Positions 9,104 through 19,099 of a DNA stretch of 64,000 bases are shown here, in pieces. The stretch is taken from positions 124,001 through 188,000 of the IMG/VR virus record IMGVR_UViG_3300043410_001471, one strand, 5' to 3'. Position 1 is the stretch's first letter; each line of letters starts with the position of its first letter. The notes beneath the pieces were generated by a model. It saw only the letters and a program-made list of their open reading frames with translations. It was not told the DNA's origin and did no database searches. Made by a program: the position numbers and the translations under genes.

Positions 9104-9559
9104 ATGCCAAAATTTGTATTAGGTAGAGATATCGACTTTTTTAGAAGTATTAGTAGAGAATTGGTTGATACAGTCATCCAAACTGCTATTGTATTGTTTA
9201 AAATAAATACTTACGAAAGTAAAGTAAACATATATGGAGAATCAATTAATAAAACTTGGTATCCTGGGGTTGAAATGTATTGCATGATTGATAAGGAGCC
9301 GGAAAATGTGGTTTATGAAGGATTCGGCCCAGATAATTCACAAACAATTACTTTCAAATTGGATAAATTAACTTGTGAAGAGAAAGGAATATATCCTGAA
9401 ATTGGTGATATGATTTTCTTTGACCAATCTTATTATGAAATTGATAATACAAATGAAGTGCAATTCTTAGGAGGTCAGCCAGCAAATAATTATAGTATAG
9501 TTTGTACGGCATTTATGACTAGAAAATCCGATTTAAATATAGAAGAACGAGTAAAATAA
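9104..9559 (+). CDS. Neck/head-closure protein (gp14-like)
   Basis: NIYGES and PEIGDMIFFDQSYYEID motifs; synteny. Confidence 0.7.
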   Translation: MPKFVLGRDIDFFRSISRELVDTVIQTAIVLFKINTYESKVNIYGESINKTWYPGVEMYCMIDKEPENVVYEGFGPDNSQTITFKLDKLTCEEKGIYPEIGDMIFFDQSYYEIDNTNEVQFLGGQPANNYSIVCTAFMTRKSDLNIEERVK

Positions 9560-9565
9560 TAGATT

Positions 9566-10684
9566 ATGCCAGCATCGAATCCAATTAGACCGGAACTAAA
9601 TAGAGCCAATCAAATAAAATCAGAAAAAAACGAAGTAAGACATTCTGTATCTTTATTTGATATAGATTATGCTATGATGTCTTATTTAGAAGATGTTGCA
9701 TTACCCACTTTGGAAGAGGGAGATGGTAATGTTGTAAAAATACCTGTAATATATGGTAATTCCGAAAGATGGAATGGTGCAAGAAGAGAAGGTATTTTTA
9801 GAGATATAAAGGGAAAAATTCAACTACCTTTGATGATGATTAGAAGAACATCGATAGCAAAGGATGAATCTATGCCAATGTTAAATAATCACCTATCTTA
9901 TCAAACTATTACAAAATGGAATAAAAATAATAGATACGATAGGTTCACATTATTAGGAAACACAAAACCATCATATGAATTGTATAATGTAACTATGCCA
10001 GAATATGTAGAAATTAACTACGATTGTATGGCTTGGACATCATTTACAGAACATTTGAATAAAATAATTGAAAATCTTACATTTACTACCGATTATTGGG
10101 GTGATAAGAAGAAATATAAATTCAGAGCAACTATTGCGGATTATAATATTGTAAATGAAGTTGGTGAAGGGACTGAAAGAATCAATAGAGTTGAATTCAC
10201 ATTAAATGTAAAGGCTTATTTATTGCCAGAAAAATTCGATGGAGAAAATACAACTAAAAAATCATTTAGTGTAAAAAAAGTAGTTGTATCAACTGAAACC
10301 GATGTAACCGCTAATGGTAGGTTAGAAGGATTACTAACAACCCCATCTCCATATTATGATAATAAAGATTTAGTAGACTTTTTATCTTTAAATAACAGCG
10401 CAACTCAAAACCCAATAACAACAAATACTATAACATTTAGTAATATAAAATTAATAAAAACTCCTGACCAATTGGCTTCCGTAGTAACAAGTGGACTTAC
10501 AATTGCTGGAGTAAGTTATGATGTTAAAGTTTTTATAAATGGACAGAGAGTTTTACAAACCGATAATTTTACCGTATCAATTACATCAAATTCTATACAA
10601 ATAACATTTTTACCAGCAGGAATTGGATATAATGTTGATATTAACGATGAAGTAATAATAACAGGTAAATTTGTTGATTTATAA
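9566..10684 (+). CDS. Tail terminator / sheath-stabiliser (gp15-like)
   Basis: KIPVIYGNSERW...IQLPLMMIRRT motif; synteny after the neck genes. Confidence 0.65.
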   Translation: MPASNPIRPELNRANQIKSEKNEVRHSVSLFDIDYAMMSYLEDVALPTLEEGDGNVVKIPVIYGNSERWNGARREGIFRDIKGKIQLPLMMIRRTSIAKDESMPMLNNHLSYQTITKWNKNNRYDRFTLLGNTKPSYELYNVTMPEYVEINYDCMAWTSFTEHLNKIIENLTFTTDYWGDKKKYKFRATIADYNIVNEVGEGTERINRVEFTLNVKAYLLPEKFDGENTTKKSFSVKKVVVSTETDVTANGRLEGLLTTPSPYYDNKDLVDFLSLNNSATQNPITTNTITFSNIKLIKTPDQLASVVTSGLTIAGVSYDVKVFINGQRVLQTDNFTVSITSNSIQITFLPAGIGYNVDINDEVIITGKFVDL

Positions 10685-11013
10685 TGAAAAGAAGCTTATT
10701 AGATATAACAAAAAAAATAAATAGAACTCCAATCAAAGTACAATTAATTCCAAAAAATTTGGATGATTCTACTTATTGGATTTTTGAAGCAACTGGCTAT
10801 AAATTTGTTGATATCTTACGAGAAATTGAAATTAGAAATACACAAGATAGGGTAATCACATATATAAATACTCAAAATATATCAGCAAGAGATTATATAA
10901 TTGAACAAGGAGAAAAAGGATTATTAATTAAATTTATTAAAAATAATTTCGAATATCAATTGGATGATGAAGATTATATTGAAATTATAGGAGATATAGA
11001 ACAATATGCTTAA
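10684..11013 (+). CDS. Hypothetical virion protein
   Basis: Coupled ORF within the structural operon. Confidence 0.65.
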   Translation: MKRSLLDITKKINRTPIKVQLIPKNLDDSTYWIFEATGYKFVDILREIEIRNTQDRVITYINTQNISARDYIIEQGEKGLLIKFIKNNFEYQLDDEDYIEIIGDIEQYA

Positions 11014-11674
11014 CCAATTTTCATCAAATACACGAAAATTGAATAGAGTGATTTCAAAAATCAATCCAAATAATCTTGTCAACGCAGATTTAACAGCTAG
11101 TTTATTAAATATACAAATACCATCTACCACCAAATTTCAATCTAAAACTAGAAGTAGTGTAGTTAGTTCAATTGTAAATCCTAATAGTTTAAATATCCAA
11201 TCATATTTAACTGCAAGTTTGTTAAATATAGAATTACCATCATCTGCATCGGTTGTTTCTAATACTAAAACAAATCCAAATACTATATCAATTGTAAACA
11301 ATAAAAATAAAATTGAAGATTTCCAAAATGAAATTTTACAATATAGTGCAAGAAGTGTACAAAGAACAATTGATGCATTTGATAATGCAAATAATTCATT
11401 AATTATATACAATGCAAAATTAGGATATGGTACAGAAGAACCATCTCCATATAATTTTGAAATATTTTTATTTGGATTAAAAATTCCATCGGATTATACT
11501 ATAAAAGAAATAGATAATAATGTGGTTATAAAATTATTAGATGAATATATTGATTTTGAAAATACTCAAGCAAGCGATATTTATGTTATAGGTAAATTGG
11601 TAAATATTCAAATTACAACTGAAGAATTGGGTAATTTGATAACCGAAGATGATAACTTTGATATAATACTATAA
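11006..11674 (+). CDS. Hypothetical virion protein with internal duplication
   Basis: NPNxL...LTASLLNIxxPS occurs twice; acidic ITTEE..LITEDD C-terminus. Confidence 0.65.
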   Translation: MLNQFSSNTRKLNRVISKINPNNLVNADLTASLLNIQIPSTTKFQSKTRSSVVSSIVNPNSLNIQSYLTASLLNIELPSSASVVSNTKTNPNTISIVNNKNKIEDFQNEILQYSARSVQRTIDAFDNANNSLIIYNAKLGYGTEEPSPYNFEIFLFGLKIPSDYTIKEIDNNVVIKLLDEYIDFENTQASDIYVIGKLVNIQITTEELGNLITEDDNFDIIL

Positions 11675-11675
11675 A

Positions 11676-14582
11676 ATGGCAATAAGACAAACTAAAAAAA
11701 TATCCGAATTAAATACGCTAACATCTGCTTCTTTAAACACTTATGTTTTGGGAGTAGATAATGGTTCTACTTACAAAATTACATTGGATGTTTTGGAAGA
11801 TGCCGTTGTAAATATGGTATCTCGTTCTACGGATTTGAGATTGGATGCATTGGAAAGTTATACATCATCTGCAAATGCTGCAAGTGATATATCTGCATTA
11901 AATTCATACACATCTTCGCAAACCACATTAAATACTGCGTTTACAAATGGTATAAATGCAAGATTACAAACATCTTCATTTAATGAGTTTTCGGCATCGG
12001 TACATAATGAAATATTAGCAGCAACTAACGAACAAGATTTAACTCCATATGTTACCGAATTGGTATATAATGTATTGAGTAGTAGTGTTGATGATAGGAT
12101 AGATAATTTGGAAGCAAATAGTGGTTCTTATTTAACATCCTTAAATGGTGCAATAAGTTCTTCATCTCAATTAACATCATCATACGATAGTAGATATGTA
12201 ATTAGCGGAAGTATTACACAAACGACTTGGGATAATATAGCAAACAAGCCATCTGGTATAGTTTCACAATCTACGGATTTAAGTTCTTTAAATACATTTA
12301 CTCAATCAATCGATAATAGAGTTGATAGTTTAGAAAGTTGGAGTTCATCATTGGATTCTACATTTGCTACGGATTTACAAGTTTCAATTGTAAGTAGTTC
12401 GGTAGCAGCAACAATTGGTGTAATATCACAAAACACAGGTTTAGTTTCTACTTCATCATTTAATGAATACACTGCATCACAATCAACTGGTAGTTTAGTA
12501 AATAGATTAAATGCAATTGAAAATGTAAGTGGTAGTTGGATTACCGAAAGTGAAACTGGTTCATTTTTGACAAATTTGAATGGTGCAATTAGTAGTTCAT
12601 CTCAATTGACATCATCGTTTGATGCAAGATATACAATAAGTGGTAGTGTGGGGGCAACTCCATTAGGAACTATTAGTGGTTCTGCTCAAATAACTGCATT
12701 TGGATTTATAAGTTCTTCGGACAGCACAACTGCATTAAATTCATATACTGCATCATTAAAAAATGCAATTGAATTAACAGGTTCAACTGTTTCGTTTTTA
12801 GGTAATATTGTTATCTACGGAACTCAATCTGTAATCAATTCACAAAATGTAGAAATTAGTGATAATATATTATATCTGTCTCCAACGGCATCTACGGATA
12901 ACGATTTGGGTATCGTAGGTCACTATAACGATGGAACTTACAGACACGCCGGTATCTTTATGGATGCAAGTGATGAACACAGTTGGAAGGTATTTAATGG
13001 ATTACAAACAGAAACCACTGCAACAGTTGATACAAATGGTACTGGATTTGCTCTTGCACCATTTAAAGCAGGAGTGATTACAGCTACATCATTTAATGGA
13101 ATAATAAATGCAACAAATGGTGTAATTAGTGGGTCATCTCAATTGCCAGCAGGATTAGTTAGTGGTAGTTCTCAAATATTAGGAGGTAGTGGTGTTGTTA
13201 GTGGTTCATATGAAACAACAGGTAGAGGAATTATATCTTCATCTGCAAATTTAGTAACTACATCATCTTTCAATTCTTATACTGCAAGTATTTCTACGGC
13301 AAGTTTAGTAACATCTATAAATAACTTAAATACTTACACTGCTTCGGTTTCGACTGCTAGTTTGGTTACCTCCATAGCACAATTGAATACATTTACAGCA
13401 AGTGTAAGTACCGCAAGTTTGGTTACTTCTATAATACAATTAAATACTTACACTGCGTCGGTTTCGACTGCAAGTTTAGTTACTTCAATTAATAATTTAA
13501 ATACATTTACTGCTTCACAATCTACGGCAAGTTTAGTAACATCAATTACAAACTTAAATACAGAAACGGCAAGTTTAGAAAGTAGATTGGCAACTATTGG
13601 AACTCAATCGGGTTCTTGGGGAGGTGCAGCATCTTTAACATCATTAAATACATTTAGTGCAAGTATTAATTCATACACCACATCTGCTGAAAGTAAATTT
13701 ACATCAATAGCAACTATAACCGGTTCATTGATACTTTCAGCATCAGCAGATGCTAGTAAATTTACTACATTAGGAACATATACATCTTCATTAAATACTT
13801 GGACAAGTTCCATAGCAACTACGGGTTCAAATTCATTTAATGGAGCACAAAATATTACGGGTTCATTGACCGTAAGTTCAATAGCAACTATAAGTTCATC
13901 GTTTACAGCAAATAGTTCGTCTTTGACTTTGAATAGTGGAAGTAATTTATATGTTCAAAATAATGGTATAGTAGAAATTACAGGTTCATTAAAAGTTAGT
14001 GGTTCAACAAATTTAATTGTTAATAATTTATTAATAGGAACAGGAAGTGGAGATGAAGGTGGTGAAATAAATTTAGCAAAAGCAGTAACAAACACAACTT
14101 TAACCGGCAGTGGTATTACAATAGATTCATATAGAGATAGATTACGAATTTTTGAACAAGGTGGTGATGCGAGGGGTGTTTATATTGATTTGGCAAAAAC
14201 ACCAGGTGGAGTTGCCGGTGAATTGATGTGGAAAGCAAGTGGAATAGTAAATGCAGGAACATTTGTAACTTTGGATAATATCAAAGCACAAGTTCCAGCA
14301 AGTGGTAATAAGGGATTAAGTTTAGCAACTGTGAGTGGAACTGTGACAGGATATATATCAGGTCATTATCAAGGTATATTGAGTTCTTCATCAGGAACTT
14401 CCAGTACTACGAGTTTATCAACAACTGCAACTTCTTCAATGTTTAGTTGGAACTTTGGTCAACAAGGTGATATGTCTACTTATATTTTAAGAGATGATAC
14501 AAATAATAGAGTATATAGAATTATTTTGATAATCGGTGCAGCTTATAACAACAACTTTATTTCAATAGAAAGATTATATTAA
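11676..14582 (+). CDS. Long Ser/Thr-rich fibre protein
   Basis: KKISEL N-terminus, many TGS/SGS repeats, five 19-aa tandem repeats, and a module shared with 22684..24378. Confidence 0.75.
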   Translation: MAIRQTKKISELNTLTSASLNTYVLGVDNGSTYKITLDVLEDAVVNMVSRSTDLRLDALESYTSSANAASDISALNSYTSSQTTLNTAFTNGINARLQTSSFNEFSASVHNEILAATNEQDLTPYVTELVYNVLSSSVDDRIDNLEANSGSYLTSLNGAISSSSQLTSSYDSRYVISGSITQTTWDNIANKPSGIVSQSTDLSSLNTFTQSIDNRVDSLESWSSSLDSTFATDLQVSIVSSSVAATIGVISQNTGLVSTSSFNEYTASQSTGSLVNRLNAIENVSGSWITESETGSFLTNLNGAISSSSQLTSSFDARYTISGSVGATPLGTISGSAQITAFGFISSSDSTTALNSYTASLKNAIELTGSTVSFLGNIVIYGTQSVINSQNVEISDNILYLSPTASTDNDLGIVGHYNDGTYRHAGIFMDASDEHSWKVFNGLQTETTATVDTNGTGFALAPFKAGVITATSFNGIINATNGVISGSSQLPAGLVSGSSQILGGSGVVSGSYETTGRGIISSSANLVTTSSFNSYTASISTASLVTSINNLNTYTASVSTASLVTSIAQLNTFTASVSTASLVTSIIQLNTYTASVSTASLVTSINNLNTFTASQSTASLVTSITNLNTETASLESRLATIGTQSGSWGGAASLTSLNTFSASINSYTTSAESKFTSIATITGSLILSASADASKFTTLGTYTSSLNTWTSSIATTGSNSFNGAQNITGSLTVSSIATISSSFTANSSSLTLNSGSNLYVQNNGIVEITGSLKVSGSTNLIVNNLLIGTGSGDEGGEINLAKAVTNTTLTGSGITIDSYRDRLRIFEQGGDARGVYIDLAKTPGGVAGELMWKASGIVNAGTFVTLDNIKAQVPASGNKGLSLATVSGTVTGYISGHYQGILSSSSGTSSTTSLSTTATSSMFSWNFGQQGDMSTYILRDDTNNRVYRIILIIGAAYNNNFISIERLY
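13293..13577 (+). repeat. Five tandem 57-nt (19-aa) repeats STASLVTSIxxLNTxTASx
   Basis: Repeat starts at 13293, 13350, 13407, 13464 and 13521; copies diverge at synonymous positions. Confidence 0.9.
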
Positions 14583-14587
14583 AAGTT

Positions 14588-15691
14588 ATGGCAATAATAT
14601 TTCAAAATGGATTTACAATTGGGTCTTTAGCACTATATCCATTTACATCGTTTACATTTACAAGTGCAAGAGTAAGTGGTTCAACGGGCCCATTGGGAAC
14701 TACATTATTAGCTGCATATACCGGTTCATCCTCTGGAAGTTATTTTTCAAATCCATCATATTTCACAACGGGTTCATTTCAAGGTTATCAAATATGGACA
14801 GTCCCTGAAACTGCAACTTATGAAATTGAAACAGCAGGTGCGAGAGGTGGAACATCTACTGCATATTCTGGTTCTTTAAAATGGGGTAATGGTGCAATTA
14901 TTAAAGCAAGAGTCCCTTTAACACAAGGACAAAAACTAATGATGGTTGTTGGACAATATTCCGATGGTAATGGTGCACAAGCAAATAGTTGGGCAACTTA
15001 TCACGGATATGGTGGTGGAGGAGGTTCATTTGTAACACTTTCAGGTTCAGTTCCTACTCCATTGGTTGTTGCCGGAGGTGGTGGTGGAAGTGGACATTAT
15101 TCTTCATATTCGGGTGGTGCATATTTTACAGGTTCAAATGGTAAAACTACAACTAACGGAGGTGCTTCTATACAAGGTGCACCGGGTGGAACTGGAAGTT
15201 TAGGAGGTCGTTCTCATATCAATTCAGCATCAGTAGTATCAAACAATAACTACGATGGTGGTGGTGGAGGTGGTTTTAATGGCAATGGTGAAAATGGAAA
15301 TGGAACTTTAACAAAACCATACACCGGTAATCTAAATGCAGAAGGTGGTTATGCTTTCATAAGTGGAGCAATGGGTGGAAGGATGGCAACAACCTACACT
15401 ACAACATTATATGCAGGTTCTACCGGTGGATTTGGTGGAGGTGGAGGAGGTAATGGTATCATATGTGGTGGTGGTGGAGGAGGATACTCCGGTGGTGGTG
15501 GAACTTATACGCCATCTACACCGGGAGCCGATGCCGGCGGTGGTGGTGGTTCTTATATTATATCAACCGCAACATCGGTAGCAACATCTGATGGAAATTA
15601 TGATGGTTCATCATCATTTAGTGGAAGTGCAATTACAAATCTTTCTTCGTATAATAGTGGAAGTGGATATATACGAATAACTAAAATATAA
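14588..15691 (+). CDS. Glycine-rich putative receptor-binding protein (ALK/LTK-type glycine-rich domain)
   Basis: QIWTVPETATYEIETAGARGG, MVVGQ, GGGGGSFV and PLVVAGGGGG followed by many polyglycine runs. Confidence 0.7.
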   Translation: MAIIFQNGFTIGSLALYPFTSFTFTSARVSGSTGPLGTTLLAAYTGSSSGSYFSNPSYFTTGSFQGYQIWTVPETATYEIETAGARGGTSTAYSGSLKWGNGAIIKARVPLTQGQKLMMVVGQYSDGNGAQANSWATYHGYGGGGGSFVTLSGSVPTPLVVAGGGGGSGHYSSYSGGAYFTGSNGKTTTNGGASIQGAPGGTGSLGGRSHINSASVVSNNNYDGGGGGGFNGNGENGNGTLTKPYTGNLNAEGGYAFISGAMGGRMATTYTTTLYAGSTGGFGGGGGGNGIICGGGGGGYSGGGGTYTPSTPGADAGGGGGSYIISTATSVATSDGNYDGSSSFSGSAITNLSSYNSGSGYIRITKI

Positions 15692-15704
15692 GATATTTAT
15701 CAAT

Positions 15705-16151
15705 ATGGCAACATTTATAAGATTAAAACAAATAGAAAGTGGTTCAGCATTACAACAATCTGCAGCAGCAGGTACTGATTTTTCAGCATCTGTAACTTCC
15801 ATCGTTAGTCAATCATTGGAAACATCATTATCCCAATCGATAGTAAATATAATTGTAAATAATGTTCAAGCGGCATTGCCAGATGGAATTATATCATCAT
15901 CCGCACAAATAAATTTATCATTAGCATCGGGTAACATATCATCATCGCAAATAGTTGGAGAAATACTCGCAGATTCAATTGATTTTGCAGATATTATTAA
16001 CAAACCAACATTGGTATCAGGTTCACAACAAATTATAGGAATATTGGATTCGTTAAATACCTTTACTGCATCATTGGATAGTACATTTGCTACCGATGTT
16101 GAGTTAGCGGTTACTACTTCGAATTTGAATATCGATATGGGAGAATTTTAA
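15705..16151 (+). CDS. Short fibre-family protein
   Basis: IISSSAQI and LVSGSQQI repeats shared with the fibres; C-terminal IDMGEF. Confidence 0.65.
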   Translation: MATFIRLKQIESGSALQQSAAAGTDFSASVTSIVSQSLETSLSQSIVNIIVNNVQAALPDGIISSSAQINLSLASGNISSSQIVGEILADSIDFADIINKPTLVSGSQQIIGILDSLNTFTASLDSTFATDVELAVTTSNLNIDMGEF

Positions 16152-16198
16152 AAAATGAGATATATCATTTAATGTAATACGATTAGAAAAAAAAGTTA

Positions 16199-16206
16199 TA
16201 TTTATA
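16199..16206 (+). promoter_or_regulatory. Putative late promoter TATTTATA
   Basis: Intergenic before fibre gene 16250. Confidence 0.65.
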
Positions 16207-16249
16207 AGAAGTAAAAAGAGAAATTTCTTAAAAAGAGAATAACAAAAAT

Positions 16250-18295
16250 ATGGCACAAATCATTAAACACAGACGTGGTAGTTTAGAATCCCTATCAGCT
16301 GTAACCGGCTCATTACAAAAAGGTGAAATAGTAATAGCATCGGGTTCATCAAACCTAACCACAACCAATGGTTCATCTATTGTATTTACAGTACCATCCG
16401 ATGGACAGGTTCAAGCGGTAAATAGATTTCTTATTGGTAGTTCTGCACCTGCGACATTTGCGGCTAGTACTTACAATGGAATGGTTAATGGTGTTCCTTT
16501 CTACGATAGTGGAAGTGGTACATTATACTTATTAGGTAGTGGTGGAAATACTGCTATTAATTTAGTAGGTAACATTCAACCATTTAGTTCATCAGTTGCA
16601 ACATCAATAAATGCATTGAGTGCTTCTATTGGAAGTGGAACTATTGGTACATCTGTTACATTATTAAATGATTTTACAGGTTCTCAATTAACTCAAAATA
16701 GTACATTAGCAACTTATACAGGTTCAGTAGAAACAAGATTTACTGAAATCGGTGTTGTTAGTGGAAGTTTAATCGCTTCGGCATCAGCTGCAGCAATTGC
16801 AAACGCAAATCAAAATACATTTACTGCATCGGTAGCAACTAGATTAACGGAAGTTGGTGTAGTAACTGGCTCATTAATCAGTTCAGCATCAAATGCAGAA
16901 AGTAGATTAACTAATATTGAAGGATTTAGTTCATCATTTGATACCGCATTTAACATTAGTGGTTCTGATGTAACTATTGCTGGTAATTTGACTGTACAAG
17001 GTACTCAAACTATTGTAGATTCTACGACTGTTCAAATTGGCGATAATATACTTGAATTAAATGGAACAGGCGCAGCGAATGGTGGATTGTGGATTAAAGA
17101 CCCAACCGCACCAAATACGGCAACAGGTTCAATTGTTTGGGATTCTACTAACGATTATTGGAAAGCAGGTGTTAAAGGTTCTGAAATTAAAGTTCTTTTA
17201 GCAGGTGGTGATTCAATAGTTAGTGGTTCATCTCAAATTACTTTACAATCAACAACGGGATTCACAGCATACGATTCAGCATTAGCAACTATTACAGGTT
17301 CGTTAATCGCTTCAGCATCGGCTGCAAAAACAACCAATGATTCTCAAGCAGTTTCGATTAGTAATTTAAATAGTACATCTGCAAGTGTAAATGATTCAAT
17401 TGCAGCTTTAAATTCGTACACATCTTCTAACACATCAACAACTGCATTAAATAACTTTACTGCATCTGCTGAAACAAGATTTACTGAAATCGGTGTTGTT
17501 AGTGGTTCATTGATAGCATCAGCATCGACTGCAAAATCAACTAATGATTCACAAGGGGTTTCAATCACTAATTTAAATTCATTTAGTGGTTCTCAATTAA
17601 CTCAAAATAGTACATTAGCAACTTACACTTCTTCAGTAGAAACAAGATTGATAGAAGTTGGAGTAGTAAGTGGCTCATTAATAGCATCAGCATCAGCTGC
17701 AAAAACTAAAAATGACTCACAAGATGTAAGTATTTCAAACTTAAATTCTACAACTGCAAGTTTAAACACTTCAGTTTCAAATATTAATACATTCACCGCA
17801 TCTGCTGATAGTAGATTAGATACTTTAGAAGGAACTGGTACAATACAAGGTGTTGGTACATCTAACAATGTAACTTTCGCTAAGGTAACAACTTCAGGTG
17901 ATGTAGTAGTTGGTGGTGATTTGGTAGTGCAGGGTAATACTGTAACATTAAATACCGCACAATTAGTAGTAGAAGATAAATTAATAACATTAGCAAGTGG
18001 TTCAACATCATCAGCAACCGCAGATGGCGCAGGATTTGAAGTAGCAGGTGCTAGTGCAAATTTAGTTTATCAACATTCTACAACCGCATTCACATCATCA
18101 GTTCCATTAATCGCACCGGCTGTAACATCTTCTATCAATTTAGGTACGACAGCTGGAAGTTCTAAGAGAATCGCATTTAGAAACACAAATGGTAATTTGG
18201 ATTTAGTTCCTACTGCTAGTGTTGCGGGTGATTTACTACAATGGGATGGTTCTGATTTCGTAATGAGTAATGTAATCGATGGTGGTTCATTCTAA
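16250..18295 (+). CDS. Fibre protein with Mtd-N-like anchor domain
   Basis: MAQIIKHRRGS...GEI N-terminus, TGS repeats, C-terminal IDGGSF. Confidence 0.75.
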   Translation: MAQIIKHRRGSLESLSAVTGSLQKGEIVIASGSSNLTTTNGSSIVFTVPSDGQVQAVNRFLIGSSAPATFAASTYNGMVNGVPFYDSGSGTLYLLGSGGNTAINLVGNIQPFSSSVATSINALSASIGSGTIGTSVTLLNDFTGSQLTQNSTLATYTGSVETRFTEIGVVSGSLIASASAAAIANANQNTFTASVATRLTEVGVVTGSLISSASNAESRLTNIEGFSSSFDTAFNISGSDVTIAGNLTVQGTQTIVDSTTVQIGDNILELNGTGAANGGLWIKDPTAPNTATGSIVWDSTNDYWKAGVKGSEIKVLLAGGDSIVSGSSQITLQSTTGFTAYDSALATITGSLIASASAAKTTNDSQAVSISNLNSTSASVNDSIAALNSYTSSNTSTTALNNFTASAETRFTEIGVVSGSLIASASTAKSTNDSQGVSITNLNSFSGSQLTQNSTLATYTSSVETRLIEVGVVSGSLIASASAAKTKNDSQDVSISNLNSTTASLNTSVSNINTFTASADSRLDTLEGTGTIQGVGTSNNVTFAKVTTSGDVVVGGDLVVQGNTVTLNTAQLVVEDKLITLASGSTSSATADGAGFEVAGASANLVYQHSTTAFTSSVPLIAPAVTSSINLGTTAGSSKRIAFRNTNGNLDLVPTASVAGDLLQWDGSDFVMSNVIDGGSF

Positions 18296-18304
18296 AATAT
18301 TAAC

Positions 18305-18329
18305 TCCCCCCTAATCGGGGGGATTTTTT
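18305..18329 (+). terminator. Intrinsic terminator
   Basis: tcccccc-taatc-gggggga followed by T6. Confidence 0.85.
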
Positions 18330-18362
18330 AAATTATTAATGAATCAAAAAATACCAACTTAA

Positions 18363-19010
18363 ATGGCTCAAAAAATATTACAAAAAAGGTCACTAACATC
18401 GGGAAAAGTTCCTGATACCGGCTCTTTATTGGTTGGTGAATTGGGTATAAATGTTTACGATGGTAAAGTTTATATACATAAATCCGGTTCATCGCAATCC
18501 ATTGAAACATTAGTTAGTACAAATTCAACTACAACTGGTTCTATTGTATTAACTGGCACAGGTTCATTTGGGGAAGTAAATGTAACAAATGATGCCAATA
18601 TTGGTGGTGGTGTTTATGTAACGGGTGATATTGTTGGAAATGGTGATATTGATATAGCCGGAGCAGTTTCAGCATCAATAGTATCCGCATCTTTATTTGT
18701 AGGTAATGGTAGTGGTTTAACAAACATTACTGCTTCAATGAGACCGGATGATTTTGATTTCAATTCAGAACCATTTGCAGGAACAATTGGATACATACAA
18801 GGTAGTGGTTCTCTTTATAAAGTAGCAACTACAAATGATGCAGTTGAATTCAGATACAATGAACAAATAAAAGGAACTTTTACTAATACTAATGGGTTTA
18901 GTGGTTCTCTTTATGGTATTGGTGATGTATTATCATTTAGTGGTTCGGTAGCAACAAGATTAGCAAATTTAGAAATATCAGCATCATTAATCGATGCAGG
19001 TCAATTTTAA
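18363..19010 (+). CDS. Short fibre-family protein (Mtd-N-like anchor)
   Basis: KRSLTSGKVP...GELGINVYDGKVY; paralog of 19100..19900; C-terminal IDAGQF. Confidence 0.7.
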   Translation: MAQKILQKRSLTSGKVPDTGSLLVGELGINVYDGKVYIHKSGSSQSIETLVSTNSTTTGSIVLTGTGSFGEVNVTNDANIGGGVYVTGDIVGNGDIDIAGAVSASIVSASLFVGNGSGLTNITASMRPDDFDFNSEPFAGTIGYIQGSGSLYKVATTNDAVEFRYNEQIKGTFTNTNGFSGSLYGIGDVLSFSGSVATRLANLEISASLIDAGQF

Positions 19011-19032
19011 TTACTATTATAAAAATATTCTA

Positions 19033-19040
19033 TATTTATA
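19033..19040 (+). promoter_or_regulatory. Putative late promoter TATTTATA
   Basis: Intergenic before 19100, abutting the terminator hairpin. Confidence 0.65.
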
Positions 19041-19066
19041 AAGGTACTACATAGTACCTTTTTTTT
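19040..19066 (+). terminator. Intrinsic terminator overlapping the late promoter start region
   Basis: aaggtact-acat-agtacctt followed by T-run; begins immediately after TATTTATA at 19033-19040. Confidence 0.8.
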
Positions 19067-19099
19067 GTTATATAACTCTAAAACATTTAGTCCATACAT

